A stretch of 64,000 nucleotides of DNA from Saccostrea echinata (GCF_033153115.1 NW_026889803.1:59458001-59522000), one strand, 5' to 3'. Numbered from the stretch's first letter, positions 22,091 to 36,570 are shown. The notes: generated by a model not told the origin, from the letters alone. Numbers and translations: made by a program.

Positions 22091-25000
22091 TCATTCTTGC
22101 TGACTTAGCTTCGCTTTTTCTTTTGCTAACTTCCTCTCTAAATATCTCTTTCTTGCTTCACTTGCTGCAGAGTCTGTAGTTTTCTTTGACACCACTCCAG
22201 ACTTTTTAATGTCTTTGCTTTCTGGTTTATTCTCTGACCTTTTCTCTGTTTTTGTTTCCCTTTCTGGAGACTTTTCTCTCTCTACATATTCACCCTGCTT
22301 TCTTGAGTATTTATCTTTATTGAGCCTTTCCTTTTCGTTTGGTCTATATTTGTTCAAACTGTCTCTATCGGGATCCTCGCTTCCTGAATCACTGCCCCTT
22401 CTATGTCTCTGTTTGTCCCTTCTGAGTTCTTTTTCACGAGAACTTTCTCTCCTTTTGTCTCTGTCTGAAGTATTCTTCCTACTATGTCTAGGTGAATCAG
22501 GAGAATGTTTTCGTTTTCTATGCCTATCTTTTGATTCAGATTTCTCTCTCATTCTATCATGTCTTTCCCTCGAATCATCAGATGAGTCCCTGCTCCTCCT
22601 TCCTCTGTCACGTGATGAAGATCTCCTTCCTCTGTCACGTGATGAAGATCTCCTACTGTTTCTCTCTTTTGAGGATCCTCTTTCTCTATAGGCTCTTTGT
22701 GAAATGTCTGATCCTGATCTAGTTTTCTCCTCTGGGCCACTGGAACTGGATTGTTTGGGACTGTCTGGTTCTTCTCTACAAAAGATCACTTATCAAATAT
22801 ACTTGTACTGCATTTTCAAACAGATATATATATGATACAATACACTTTTTTCTTCCTTTCTCAACAAATTTTTGTTGGTATAACATTATTCAATTCAATT
22901 TCAGAGAAAATTCCCACTTCTTGTTTTGATTATATCGTTTAAAATTCAAATTAATCAACAATTATTTTGTCAATATCTATACAAAGAATTAACATCTTAG
23001 TTCTGTTTTTCTTGTATCTCTAAATATTTAAGGAACATAAAGTCCATGTTTGCATCAAAAAATGTTGGATTTCACTGAGAGATCCTTGTTTTAACCAATA
23101 CCTACTTCACTGAGACCTCCTTTGTTTTAACCAATAAATACTTCACTGAGACCTCCTTTGTTTTAACCAATAAATACTTCACTGAGACCTCCTTTGTTTT
23201 CACCAATAAATACTTCACCAATAAATACTTCACTGAGACCTCCTTTGTTTCACCAATACCTACTTCACTGAGACCTCCTTTGTTTTCACAATAAATACTT
23301 CACTGAGACCTCCTTTGTTTTAACCAATAAATACTTCACTGAGACCTCCTTTGTTTTAACCAATAAATACTTCACTGAGACCTCCTTTGTTTTAACCAAT
23401 AAATACTTCACTGAGATCTCCTTTGTTTTTTCCAATAAATACTTCACTGAGACCTCCTTTGTTTTTTCAAATAAATACTTCACTGAGACCTCCTTTGTTT
23501 TAACCAATAAATACTTCACTGAGACCTCCTTTGTTTTAACCAATAAATACTTCACTGAGACCTCCTTTATTTTTACCAATACGTACTTCACTGAGACCTC
23601 CTTTGTTTTATCCAATAAATACTTCACTGAGACCTCCTTTATTTTTACCAATACCTACTTCACTGAGACCTCCTTTGTTTTATCCAATAAATACTTCACT
23701 GAGACCTCCTTTGTTTTAACCAATAAATACTTCACTGAGACCTCCTTTGTTTTAACCAATAAATACTTCACTGAGACCTCCTTTATTTTTACCAATACGT
23801 ACTTCACTGAGACCTCCTTTGTTTTATCCAATAAATACTTCACTGAGACCTCCTTTGTTTCACCAATAAATACTTCACTGAGACCTCCTTTGTTTCACCA
23901 ATACCTACTTCACTGAGACCTCCTTTGTTTTAACCAATAAATACTTCACTGAGACCTCCTTTGTTTTATCCAATAAATACTTCACTGAGACCTCCTTTGT
24001 TTTCACAATAAATACTTCACTGAGACCTCCTTTGTTTTCACAATAAATACATCACTGAGACCTCCTTTGTTTCACCAATACCTACTTCACTGAGACCTCC
24101 TTTGTTTTAACCAATAAATACTTCACTGAGACCTCCTTTGTTTTAACCAATAAATACTTCACTGAGACCTCCTTTGTTTTATCCAATAAATACTTCACTG
24201 AGACCTCCTTTGTTTTAACCAATAAATACTTCACTGAGACCTCCTTTGTTTTATCCAATAAATACTTCACTGAGACCTCCTTTGTTTTCACCAATAAATA
24301 CTTCACTGAGACCTCCTTTGTTTTAACCAATAAATACTTCACTGAGACCTCCTTTGTTTTATCCAATAAATACTTCACTGAGACCTCCTTTATTTTTACC
24401 AATACGTGCTTCACTGAGACCTCCTTTGTTTTATCCAATAAATACTTCACTGAGACCTCCTTTATTTTTACCAATACGTACTTCACTGAGACCTCCTTTG
24501 TTTTATCCAATAAATACATCACTGAGACCTCCTTTATTTTTACCAATACGTACTTCACTGAGACCTCCTTTGTTTTAACCAATAAATACTTCACTGAGAC
24601 CTCCTTTGTTTTATCCAATAAATACATCACTGAGACCTCCTTTGTTTCACCAATACCTACTTCACTGAGACCTCCTTTGTTTTAACCAATAAATACTTCA
24701 CTGAGACCTCCTTTGTTTTAACCAATAAATACTTCACTGAGACCTCCTTTGTTTTATCCAATAAATACATCACTGAGACCTCCTTTGTTTCACCAATACC
24801 TACTTCACTGAGACCTCCTTTGTTTTAACCAATAAATACTTCACTGAGACCTCCTTTGTTTTAACCAATAAATACTTCACTGAGACCTCCTTTGTTTTAT
24901 CCAATAAATACTTCACTGAGACCTCCTTTGTTTTAACCAATAAATACTTCACTGAGACCTCCTTTGTTTTCACAATAAATACATCACTGAGACCTCCTTT

Positions 25001-28000
25001 GTTTTATCCAATAAATACTTCACTGAGACCTCCTTTGTTTTAACCAATAAATACTTCACTGAGACCTCCTTTGTTTTATCCAATAAATACTTCACTGAGA
25101 CCTCCTTTGTTTTCACAATAAATACTTCACTGAGACCTCCTTTGTTTTCACAATAAATACATCACTGAGACCTCCTTTGTTTCACCAATACCTACTTCAC
25201 TGAGACCTCCTTTGTTTTAACCAATAAATACTTCACTGAGACCTCCTTTGTTTTAACCAATAAATACTTCACTGAGACCTCCTTTGTTTTATCCAATAAA
25301 TACTTCACTGAGACCTCCTTTGTTTTAACCAATAAATACTTCACCGAGACCTCCTTTGTTTTAACCAATAAATACTTCACTGAGACCTCCTTTGTTTTAT
25401 CCAATAAATACTTCACTGAGACCTCCTTTGTTTTAACCAATAAATACTTCACTGAGACCTCCTTTGTTTTATCCAATAAATACTTCACTGAGACCTCCTT
25501 TATTTTTACCAATACGTACTTCACTGAGACCTCCTTTGTTTTATCCAATAAATACTTCACTGAGACCTCCTTTATTTTTACCAATACGTACTTCACTGAG
25601 ACCTCCTTTGTTTTATCCAATAAATACTTCACCGAGACCTCCTTTGTTTCACCAATAAATACTTCACTGAGACCTCCTTTGTTTTATCCAATAAATACTT
25701 CACTGAGACCTCCTTTGTTTTATCCAATAAATACTTCACTGAGACCTCCTTTGTTTTAACCAATAAATACTTCACTGAGACCTCCTTTGTTTTCACAATA
25801 AATACTTCACTGAGACCTCCTTTGTTTTAACCAATAAATACTTCACTGAGACCTCCTTTGTTTTATCCAATAAATACTTCACTGAGACCTCCTTTGTTTT
25901 TTCAAATAAATACTTCACTGAGACCTCCTTTGTTTTAACCAATAAATACTTCACTGAGACCTCCTTTGTTTTATCCAATAAATACTTCACTGAGACCTCC
26001 TTTGTTTTATCCAATAAATACTTCACTGAGACCTCCTTTGTTTTAACCAATAAATACTTCACTGAGACCTCCTTTGTTTTCACAATAAATACATCACTGA
26101 GACCTCCTTTGTTTTAACCAATAAATACTTCACTGAGACCTCCTTTGTTTTATCCAATAAATACTTCACTGAGACCTCCTTTGTTTTCACAATAAATACT
26201 TCACTGAGACCTCCTTTGTTTTCACAATAAATACATCACTGAGACCTCCTTTGTTTTATCCAATAAATACTTCACTGAGACCTCCTTTGTTTTATCCAAT
26301 AAATACTTCACTGAGACCTCCTTTGTTTTATCCAATAAATACTTCACTGAGACCTCCTTTGTTTTCACAATAAATACATCACTGAGACCTCCTTTGTTTT
26401 AACCAATAAATACTTCACTGAGACCTCCTTTGTTTTATCCAATAAATACTTCACTGAGACCTCCTTTGTTTTAACCAATAAATACTTCACTGAGACCTCC
26501 TTTGTTTTAACCAATAAATACTTCACTGAGACCTCCTTTGTTTTATCCAATAAATACTTCACTGAGACCTCCTTTGTTTTATCCAATAAATACTTCACTG
26601 AGACCTCCTTTGTTTTCACAATAAATACATCACTGAGACCTCCTTTGTTTTCACCAATAAATACTTCACTGAGACCTCCTTTGTTTTCACAATAAATACA
26701 TCACTGAGACCTCCTTTGTTTTCACCAATAAATACTTCACTGAGACCTCCTTTGTTTTCACAATAAATACATCACTGAGACCTCCTTTGTTTTCACCAAT
26801 AAATACTTCACTGAGACCTCCTTTGTTTTCACAATAAATACATCACTGAGACCTCCTTTGTTTTAACCAATAAATACATCACTGAGACCTCCTTTGTTTT
26901 AACCAATACCTACTTCACTGAGACATCCTCTTTCTCTTTCTTCTCTGCTGTGGCTTCACCACTTTGTTGATTCAACATATAACGATAAAATCCACTCATG
27001 TCTTTCTGTTTCTTGACATCTAATAACTCTGCAATAAAGTTAAGACATAATGTAGTAAATCAATGCTTTGATGGATATTCAACAACACTTTGTAAGAAAA
27101 TACATGAAACTGGTTGCATCTGATAGAAAATAATAGCTCTTGAGATCTTGCTTGAACAGAAAACCATAAGAGAAAAATACATCCCCTGTGCATGTAAACA
27201 GAATCTACAGCACATGAAATAGAAAACTCAGTACATATACATATTTGTAAAAACCAGAAGTCTCTGTCAAGACTGTAGCTCTACTGGTTTGTACTTATAA
27301 CAATTAAGGAAGAGAAAAGTAGCACTTGGACTTGAAACTTTGCAAAAGCAATAAATAAATAGTAATCCTTGTTTTACTTGCTTTTTGTGGCAAGATGAAT
27401 TGCAATCAGACTAAAACTGTAGAAGGAGTAGCCTTTTAAAAGAATTTAGAGAAATTTCAATTTTAGGTACCATGGCAACATTATTCATTAAAATTTAAAA
27501 AAAAAACCAATTAAGACAATTATGTATCTCAGTGTAGTCTACTTGCATGCCATGTTATATTAAAAACAGACCAAACTGTAGGCAAATTAATATTTTGAAA
27601 GTATATCAAAGAAATTCAATTTTTTTGTAACCATGGCAACACTTCATCAAAATCAAAAAAATGATACACAGAATTATGTATCTTAGTGTAGTCTACTTGT
27701 GTGCCAAGTTATATTGAAATCAGACCAAAACTGTAGGAGGAGTAGCATTTTGAATGTATTTCACAGAAATTTCTATTTTTTGTAACCATGGCAACACCGT
27801 TCATCAAAATCAAAAACTGATATACAGAATTATGTATCGTAGTGTAGTCTACTTGGGTGCCAAGTTATACTGAAATCAGACCAAAACTGTAGGAGGAGTA
27901 GCATTTTGAGAAATTGTTTACAGACGGACAGACAGACAGATGGACGGACGATGGACAACTTACTATCACATAAGCTCTTCTGGTCTCTGACCAGTAGAGC

Positions 28001-31000
28001 TAAAAAAATGAACAAAGATGAAATAATGCATACCCTCCATGGCTGCTTCTCTCCTTTCTTTCTCCTCTAGCTCCTGCATTTCTTGCATCTTTTTGCGATA
28101 AGCTCCGGTCACAAACACCTCTTTGTCATCAAATTCCCCTCCTTCATTCTCTCTCTCCTTCTGCACCTTTCTCTCTGCTCGTCTCTCATCCTCTCTCTTC
28201 CTTGTTTCTGCTGCCTTCAGCAAGCCAGCTATATATTTCGGCTTTACAAAAAAAATTGAAAATTGGCAAATATGCACCATAATATGAATAAACAAAACAT
28301 AATAACCTGATATCAGCAAATTATTGTAAATTACATCTATATTTATCAATTGAGGTACACAAAGTCTGAGAATTCTCCACCTTTCTATCCTTTTTCTGTT
28401 TGACAGCTAAGTCCTTCTCTTCTTTTGTGGCCTGCAGATCATCATAAATACTGTCATATTCATAGACAGTAGGGTCTGCCTCCAGAGCCTTGTCTATTTC
28501 AAGCTGAGTCTATAATATAAGAAACAGGGTCTTGTGCTAGTTCTTTTTAATCTTCCTTCTGCTCTTAAAGTTTTATTGCTCTTTCAGAAAATTTCATATG
28601 TTTACCTTTACCCTTGTTAAAACCTGACTTTAAATATCTTTTCTTACCCTATAAACAGACTTGTGGAAATGAGACCCTAATTAGAGCTTAGGTAGCTACC
28701 GCATACATGTAGTCATATACTATCAGATACAAACTATATCATGTATATGGATGTAAACAGAATTTAGTTTTTCATACACAGTCTTGACAAACAAAATAAT
28801 TTTCTATTGGGAAGTGGGTCAAATGTTTTTGAAATCTAATCCTTCTTGTTATTAGAGTGATATACATTAAATTAGTTCAATAACTTACTTGTCTCTTTAT
28901 TTTGGCCTGCAATGATGACCTCTGAAGACTTGAATTGATTTCTTGTTTTGGTGTCTCCTGTAAAGACATTGAGAGCAAGGTGTATGAAGCTATGAAAAAT
29001 GCTTAAGGTTGGACAATTAATGATACAAAAACCAAATTACACTGTGACTAAATTCATATATATACATGTAAATACTTATGTACTTTAAATAAAGATGATT
29101 AACATTATTATATCTTTGACTTACTGATTGACAGTACTTGTAAATCTGAAGTAAAACTCAGTTAAAGCAAAGGTTGAGAGTACTGGGGATTTAGTTCACA
29201 TAAGATCTGTAATTTATTTCTTAAAAAGGAAAACAGTCAACTGGAATTCAAAATATACAACTGTATATCACAGGAAATTCACAATATACAACTGTATAAT
29301 ACAAAGAATTCACAATATACAACTGCATAATATAGGGAATTCACAATAAACAACTTTATAATGTAGGAAATTCACAATATTCAACTGTATAATACAGGGA
29401 ATTTCCAATATACAACTGTATAATATAGAAAATTCACAATATATAACTGTATAATATAGACAATGTTACCATATAATATAGGTAATTCACAATATACAAC
29501 CGTATAATATAGGTAATTCATGATTATAAAACTATAATACATGTATAGGGACACAATATACAACTGTATAATATAGGGAATTCACAATATTATACATTCA
29601 AACCTACTTTTGATGACAGTATATGCCCATTGAAATACCAAGTATCAAAACAATTTAATCTGTCCTTTAACTCAATCCTATGTCCCTTTCCCAAACTCTA
29701 AATTGATAACATGTATAATTACTGGAATACTGAATGTCAAATTTGATACAATACAAACATGATACATGTTTAGTGAATAAATTAAGAAAGTATCAATTCA
29801 ATATTTCAAATTATTGGTCCAGCCCTTAGCATGAGAGGGTATAAACTGAGGTCCTGTGTTGGCAGTAGGTGCTAGCATGAAAAAGATCCCTCACTGCTCA
29901 AAGGCTGTGAGTGCCAAGTACAGGTCTAAATTTGCAGCCCTCCACTGGCAAGTGGTGGCATCTCGATATGAGTGAAAATATTCTCAAAGGGATGTTAAAC
30001 AAGCAAACAAACAAAAAACAAATTATTGGGACCTTAAAAAATTCATTCAAAAAGATGTTGATTTTTCTAAAGGACCTCTAAAGAATACAAAATTAACCTA
30101 ATCATGTTAGTATATTGAGTCTTCATATCACCCAGTCCCATCCACAAAAACAGCATGTGTCCATGCACAAATGATTTCCCTTGTACTTGTATAATGGTTA
30201 AATCTCATGAAATTATTAACATGCAGCAGGCTGTGATGTTTAGAAGGGTATGAGAAGACTAAGCAAGATACAGGTTCTACTTTTAGAGGGAAAGGGAAGG
30301 GGAAGGGATGTCATTAATTTTGAAAAACAATGTTATGTTTTATAGACTTATTAATTGTAAGTGAATATAATTTTTGTTTTGTACTATACACCAAGTTAAT
30401 AAATATCACAGAGATTTGAATGAATATAACAGACAAAAATAATACCAATATAAGCATGATAAGTGTAACACACATTTTTAAACTTGAGAGATTTTTGTTT
30501 GTAAGTTTTAACAACAATACCTCATCGCTATCATCTCCAAATACATTGGACACTTTAAAAGTTGACTGTTTCTTCTTTGGCATTAACAGTCCATACCTGT
30601 GTGTGGAATAGAATAATGTATTTATTATCTTTATAATCATGATGATAGAAAACACTTTTCACATAAAATTTCATTTATTTATACACTTATTCAATCATTT
30701 ATGATTGTATTTACTAAGTTAGAATAATATAATTCAGCCGGGATAGTTAGAATGCCTTCATTCAGCAATGTAGCAGAAAATTGCAACTTGATTTTGGAGA
30801 AAACATTAAAAATAACCTCTAAATTAATTTGACATAAACTTTTTGAGACTGTGGATACCTTCCACCTAAAAAATTAATCCATATAATGGAAGAATTCAAC
30901 ACATTTTCACATTCTTTTTCCCTCACTTCAAATTTACATGCTATTTTGACATTCGGAACTCTTTGAATTGTTCGTGGTTTATGTGTTGATAAGAGTTATC

Positions 31001-31852
31001 ATTCCTGCTTATTTTGCTACATCCCCAATACATGGAACACTTTTCATTGTAATGTGAAGCACTCACCGTTGCTTAACTTGCCTGAATTAGAGGGATACTC
31101 TACCGCATCACTAGAAAAGCTAGCTCACTAGTAAGGCAGTATAAGTTCCCTATGAATACTGTTCGGCAGTGTTCACTACAGTACACTATAATTAAACCGA
31201 GTCCATGGGACACAATCAATGATAGAACATTTCTATCTATCAGGATTGTTACCATTTTTTCTTTTAAAGATATATATAACTTTTCCTGTAGGTCTGGAAT
31301 GAACAGCATTAATTTGACAGGAATAGTGTACAAATGTAACAATTAGGCCAAGAAGTAAAGGGCTTCATCAATATATTTATAATATCCCAAATGGGACATA
31401 AATTTAGTACAAAACTGAAAAAACTAAAAATATTGCAATTCTGCATAATACATTGAATGCATAAATGTCTGGCAAGTAATTTTTGCTACAGTTTGTGAGA
31501 TTGATGCCAAAGAAGTTTTCGATTTTCTTTGGAATCAATGTCCTAAATGAGGATAGAGAAAAACTTGTTTACCTAAAGTTGTTGCTTCTTAGTTTATGCT
31601 GATTAATTTTTCATGCTTAATATGTATTTTTTTCCCTTTTACACTGTATATTTACATCCCATTTGAGAGAGAGGCCTTAACCTGTACGAGTCAAATCCGT
31701 TTCCGTTACTTTCGCCAGAGACAGTGTCTGCTTTTGTATTGGTATTTTCAGTTTCATTGGTTCAGTAATTAGTTAATATATAGACAGCACATACAAACAG
31801 TGATTATTGGAATGTGAAAAAAGATCACTTACTGTTTATTTACTGGATTCAT
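22091..31852 (-). CDS. NSRP1: Nuclear speckle splicing regulatory protein 1 (CCDC55), ~433 aa
   Basis: Exons 31852-31833, 30596-30521, 28957-28889, 28509-28381, 28241-28034, 27028-26914, 22775-22091 (1302 nt, in frame). Diagnostic segments QYGLLMPKK, ALEADPTVYEYDSIYDDL, KPKYIAGLLKAAE, EFDDKEVFVTGAY, DVKKQKDMSGFYR, an RS/RD-rich region and C-terminal ARKRYLERK. Confidence 0.93.
23071..26924 (-). repeat. 36-bp tandem array (~105 copies, ~3.85 kb) in the last NSRP1 intron, derived from the exon end plus 5' splice site
   Basis: Unit 'ttcactgagacctcctttgttttaaccaataaatac'. On the - strand it reads GAGGTCTCAGTGAA|GTATTTATTGG..., and the terminal copy is the real junction GTCTCAGTGAA|gtaggt at 26914/26913. 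Confidence 0.95.
27380..28007 (-). mobile_element. Helentron-associated non-autonomous element (HINE-like)
   Basis: ~155-bp internal repeats (ccatggcaac at ~27470, 27631, 27786), a (gaca/ggac)n microsatellite, and a terminal hairpin agctcttctggtc-tct-gaccagtagagct followed by an A run. Confidence 0.7.
29245..29592. repeat. ~30-bp intronic minisatellite
   Basis: About 11 copies of 'aattcacaatatacaactgtataatatagg'. Confidence 0.85.
29815..30015 (+). mobile_element. 5'-truncated SINE copy (family of 439-732)
   Basis: Collinear with 545-732 (tataaactgaggtcc...ccctcactgctc...gcagccctccac.ggcaa.tggtggc...gttaaacaagcaaac). Confidence 0.8.
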
Positions 31853-33471
31853 GGTGCCGTTTAAAAACCTGAGCAAATGCGGTCTGATTACTGATTTCGT
31901 TATTTGAAAGACCGATCCCGACTAAAATAAAATCATTCAGCAAGTAACCAGACCCGTAGAACGGGGGGGGGGGGGGGGGGGGGGGGGGGGTCGCCTCTAC
32001 TTTTTTCTCAGTATTACAGTATTTTGCTATAGTAAATTTTTATTTAGATGCTGCCCCCACCTTTTGTTGGTATAAGGTCGAGCAATGTCAAATTCCACAA
32101 TTTGGAAAAAAAAATATACAAAAAAGTAAGAAGAAAGTCCATCCCCCCCCCCCCCACACACACACACACACTCTCACACATACACACATTCATGAAATAG
32201 GATTTTAGAGTTTGGATAGTTGTTTTTTTTGGGGGGGTGGCTTGTCAGATTTATTTTTAGAGGTCCCCCTTTTGAAACCAGCTACTGAGGGGCAGCTGAG
32301 CATGAGTGTTACAGACATATAAAGATAGGGAATGTTGATTATAATTTAGGGATATATATAGAACTTACGTAAATGAATATATACATGTGTATGTTTATTG
32401 TATTACACGTATATGACTATATATGAGTATTTACAGTGTACTCTCTTTTTGCCTCTTGAGGGCCCCGGCTTAATTGATCAATTTAATTAACTAACTGAAT
32501 TGAATTGAATATTATATTTTTTTATAAAAACATTAAACATTTTAAAGCACAATATATTTGGCCTAATTTTAGATTTTGTTGAAAATATATTTTTTCCAGT
32601 TGCAATTAAAATGGATGTACATCTGTATCTTCAGAACATAATGAATAGTTATTACATGTACATCAATATAAATTTTTGTTCATCATCAAGTGTACCGAAG
32701 TTAGGCTTTAATTGTCTGATTATATGCCAATGTATGATGGTGTTGTCAATAAATGAATTGAATAATCATGAATACAACAAACAATAACATACATGAAATC
32801 AAAAAAAAAAAATCATAAAAAAAACTACAATGTACTTATTCTTACATGTATTTTTTTAAACCAAAGACTTCATGTATATTCTTTTTCTAATACTTTCAAT
32901 CGATTGACTCTGTGCATGTCCTGTGAGCTAGCAGTTTGCAGATATCACTTAGTTTTTCAAGTACGACAAGTACCATATTGGCATGTTTAGAGCAGTAACA
33001 AGAGACATGGAAACTTGATCACACGAATACATACTTATTTAAAACTGCTATAACACGCACTTACTTAGGTTTATAAATACATGTAACAGCTGCGTATTTT
33101 AGGACTTCTGAATCAAGGTAAATTCTCTGTTTTTGGAAATATCTTATGGACAAACAGCACATTTAATATAAATATACATTTTTTTATTTTTTCTCTCCTT
33201 TTTTAAAAATAAAATCACATCGATTTTTGAAAAATATTAATAAAGTATTTCATCCCCGTAACTTTTTTTTTAAAATCTTAAATAAAGATCTTTTTCAACG
33301 TTTGAGTTATAAAATGAGAAAAAATTATGTATAAAAGGATAAAATTAGCAAAAGAAAAAGCCCCCCCCCCCAAAAAAAAGAAAAGAAAATGAAATAATTT
33401 CACTTGTAGGTAGAGTATCAAATGTTCCTATATAACTAATAATGCTGTATATATTTTAGCGTGGCTTGAAA

Positions 33472-35273
33472 ATGTTGTCTGTTTTCATGTTGATATCAAT
33501 TGCGTCTTGGGCCAGTGCTGATATCAGCGAAATTTCCAACCTGCTTACCAAATATAAGGTATACGGCAAGTACTGAATTATATACTTCAGGGGATTGAAC
33601 GTTTTAGCCTGTCAAACAACCATCAACACCACATGATTTTGGATTTACTGGCGGAAACGTTAGGTTTTAAAAATGTCTTTTAATTATTTAGCCATTTCTC
33701 TCTCCTATGGGATCGTTTTTCAAACGGTTTTTGTTGTCACATTTGCAGTTAAACTTATACTAGGAATTTGATTCGCATTTCTTTAATTGAAGAATTGGGA
33801 TTGCAGTGAGGAATCGTTCAAATCAAATTCAAAACAAACAGAATTTATCCATCTGTAAGAAGACAGAATTTAATTTTTGTCTATATGTAATCATTATTTG
33901 TGATGTAGACATTCAGAGGGGTAAAAGGGAAATATAAGGTGTCCTTTAAAAAAGCTATATATAATTGAGCAGGATAATGTATGATGAGTGACTTATGAGT
34001 AAATTAACTATGTCTGATGCTATTTTAAGCCCACCATCTCATCACATATGGCAGAGAAATGAAAATACGGCCTAAATTTATTGAAATAAAAATCACTTGA
34101 TCAATAGATTTTACGTTTATATGTAGAGGGATTCCAGACTACAGAATTCTCCTTTCTATGACTTATTTCTTCACTGGGTTAAACATACTAAAGTTGTAGA
34201 AGATATGCAGAAAGAAACCAAATCACTGCAACATCAAATTAACGAGCTTCGGAATCTTCACGGAAAGTGGGATGAATTTTTCGGTATAGAGAGAACAAAT
34301 ATATCACAGCGCTGCGATGCAAATCCTACTGTCAAATTATTTTTCTTGTTGCTTACCAAAATGGACGAGACAACTAAAAATATAAACAGTTTAAAATTGT
34401 GGACAGATACAAAAGAAAAAGAGTTAATTACATCCATGCAACTGCAAAATCAATCTAATGAGAAAATAGACGTAATGAAGGAAAAAATTTCTGGGCTTCA
34501 AAAGAACAATTTAGAACTGCGGATAAATTTAACTAAATCAGAAGAGATGTTGGTAGAGACTAGTTCTTGTTGTCAGAAACTTAACGATAAGATCACAAAA
34601 CTTGAGAAGAAACTAGACGATTCTGTGAGAAAACTTGACAAAACAAATTCAAATTTGAAACGGGACATTGCCGAGATATCCAAAAAGGACTTGGATACCC
34701 GCGCTAATGTCACACTGGCATTGACAAATAAAATCAAAACCATAGAATCAAAATTTTCGAACCTTCAAATAAAACAAACGTCAGCGGAGAGAAAAATTAC
34801 AACAGATGTGGAAAAACTGCAGAAAGAAGACCGAATTACGGCAGGAAAAATAACAAAAATTTCTACTCGTATAATAAATATGCAGACTTCCTTACAGAAT
34901 CAAATCAGCAACAATAAATGTAAGTTATATATAGATGGCATCTAAACTTTTACTATTAAATCATATTTTTAAAAAATGTAATACATATATATGTACATTC
35001 TTTATGTATTTAGGTGAGAGTGGAATTGTGAAGTCTGCATATTCTACCAAAGTGAATATGGTATCGGATCAAAAAGTGCGTTTTGCGAGACCTTTCTTGA
35101 AAAAACCTAACATCGTTTTTGGACTTGCTTTATATGATTCATCACATACAACAAATGATCGCTTGAATACTTATCTGACAAAGCTTGACAGATATGGGTT
35201 TACTCTCAGAATTTCGGCTTGGGCTGGAACCATGTTATACCAAGCACATTATTTCTGGATGGCTTGTCCATGA
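33472..35273 (+). CDS. Secreted coiled-coil protein with a C-terminal H-type lectin domain, ~379 aa
   Basis: Exons 33472-33558 (signal peptide MLSVFMLISIASWASA), 34127-34919 (heptad-rich coiled coil) and 35014-35273 (CESG...VRFARPF.KKPNIVFGL...D....N.R......GFTL....WAGT.LY.A...WMACP, an H-type lectin pattern). 1140 nt in frame. Confidence 0.85.
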
Positions 35274-35849
35274 AAATGTACACTTGAAAAATAAACTCGG
35301 ACTTCGACAATTTGTTAAAATTAATTTCAGAAGTAGTTACTGGTATGTTAAACTACGAGCCCATTTAGGACCTATCAAAACTATTTCTGAATTCCAAATT
35401 CGACCTATTGTCCAAAACAAATTTAATTCATTATGACATTTCTTTAATTCTTTATAATAAAGTAATGAATATAATCTGTTATAAAAAAAAAAAATATAAA
35501 ATGTTGAATTCGCTATAAGGAACAGGTCCCGTTTTACAATTAAAAAAAAAGAACAAGACCAAAATTTTATTTTGAGAATAACTTTCTTTTTATGTTAAAT
35601 TAATATGGTATTAATCCTTTTTTCTTTTTTTTTTTTGGAAAGAAAAATAATTTTATTCTACAAAATAATCAATTTTGCAAGTTCTTACATTCAGCTAAAG
35701 ATTTTGATCGTAGTTGTAAGTTCTTTTTGTAAAACTGACTCAAGTATCTGTCTACTTCAGAAAAATCCTTACAATGATATATTGCCGTGTCCAACAAATG
35801 CTTTACCAAGCCCCCTATCTTTAGTCCTCACAAAAATTAACTGCTGTAA

Positions 35850-36570
35850 TGAAAAGGTGAAGACAACGAGCAGTGATTGATCTCAAAAAATCTATAAACA
35901 ATACAATTCTGTGAAGAGGGCATAAAATGTGAGGAGGAAATTCAAGAGGTGAGATCAGGTGCGTAAGAGGAGTAAGGATCCCATTTCGACCGGACACACC
36001 CGTCGTGAGCCCTTTGTATTAATCAGGTAGACGGAGCATTCCGTAGTCAAATTCAGTAGTAAAAACAAAGGCGTAACAATTGGTGTGAAACAAGACAGCC
36101 AAAATGCGACCCAGTGATAGGCTTTATTTGCTAGCAATGTCATTACAACTACCACAAAATTTACGAAATGCTGACTGTAAATGAGATTGTTGAAATCCCT
36201 GTAACACCAACTTAACTGTCAGTAGCCTGCCTTGGTTTAAAAATTGATCGTACTCAGAGCATGCCTCTTGAGTATCCAATAAGTTAGGAGATGTAAACAC
36301 TTTATGCAGGTGATAGCGGGATATTACTACATAAATAAGGGAAATTCACGATGGAAAAGTTGAAGTCATCTCATTTGTCATACAATTTAGTTGTTAGTTG
36401 GCCCTTATCGTCTATAGTCAGTAAAGCATCCAAATGTGAAACAGATGTGGCAGACTCCGTGATCTCTTCCATTTCAAGTTCACTGGGATATATCGAATCG
36501 ACATATGAATGAAAGTAACTATTGTTGATTGATAACACATCGTCGATATATCTAAATGTCGAGTTGTAAA
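35850..36570 (-). mobile_element. Penelope-like element 3' segment, inverted relative to the adjacent copy
   Basis: ORF 36371-36691 contains FRYIDDVLSINNSYFHSYVDSIYPSELE...LYDK. The 3' motif appears reverse-complemented at ~35953-36010. Confidence 0.75.

Noticed and set aside
22209-22691. Leu/Ser-rich 160-aa plus-strand ORF
   Set aside because: Antisense shadow of the Arg/Glu/Lys-rich last exon of NSRP1.
23286-26619. ORFs encoding (VKTKEVSVKYLL)n, a possible repeat protein or CRISPR-like array
   Set aside because: A 36-bp unit keeps frame automatically. The array is intronic, starts with an in-frame TAG at the true donor, contains frameshifting 35-bp units, and has no unique spacers or cas genes.
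29245-29592. 30-bp minisatellite as another junction-derived array
   Set aside because: Fully intronic, with no similarity to neighbouring exon ends.
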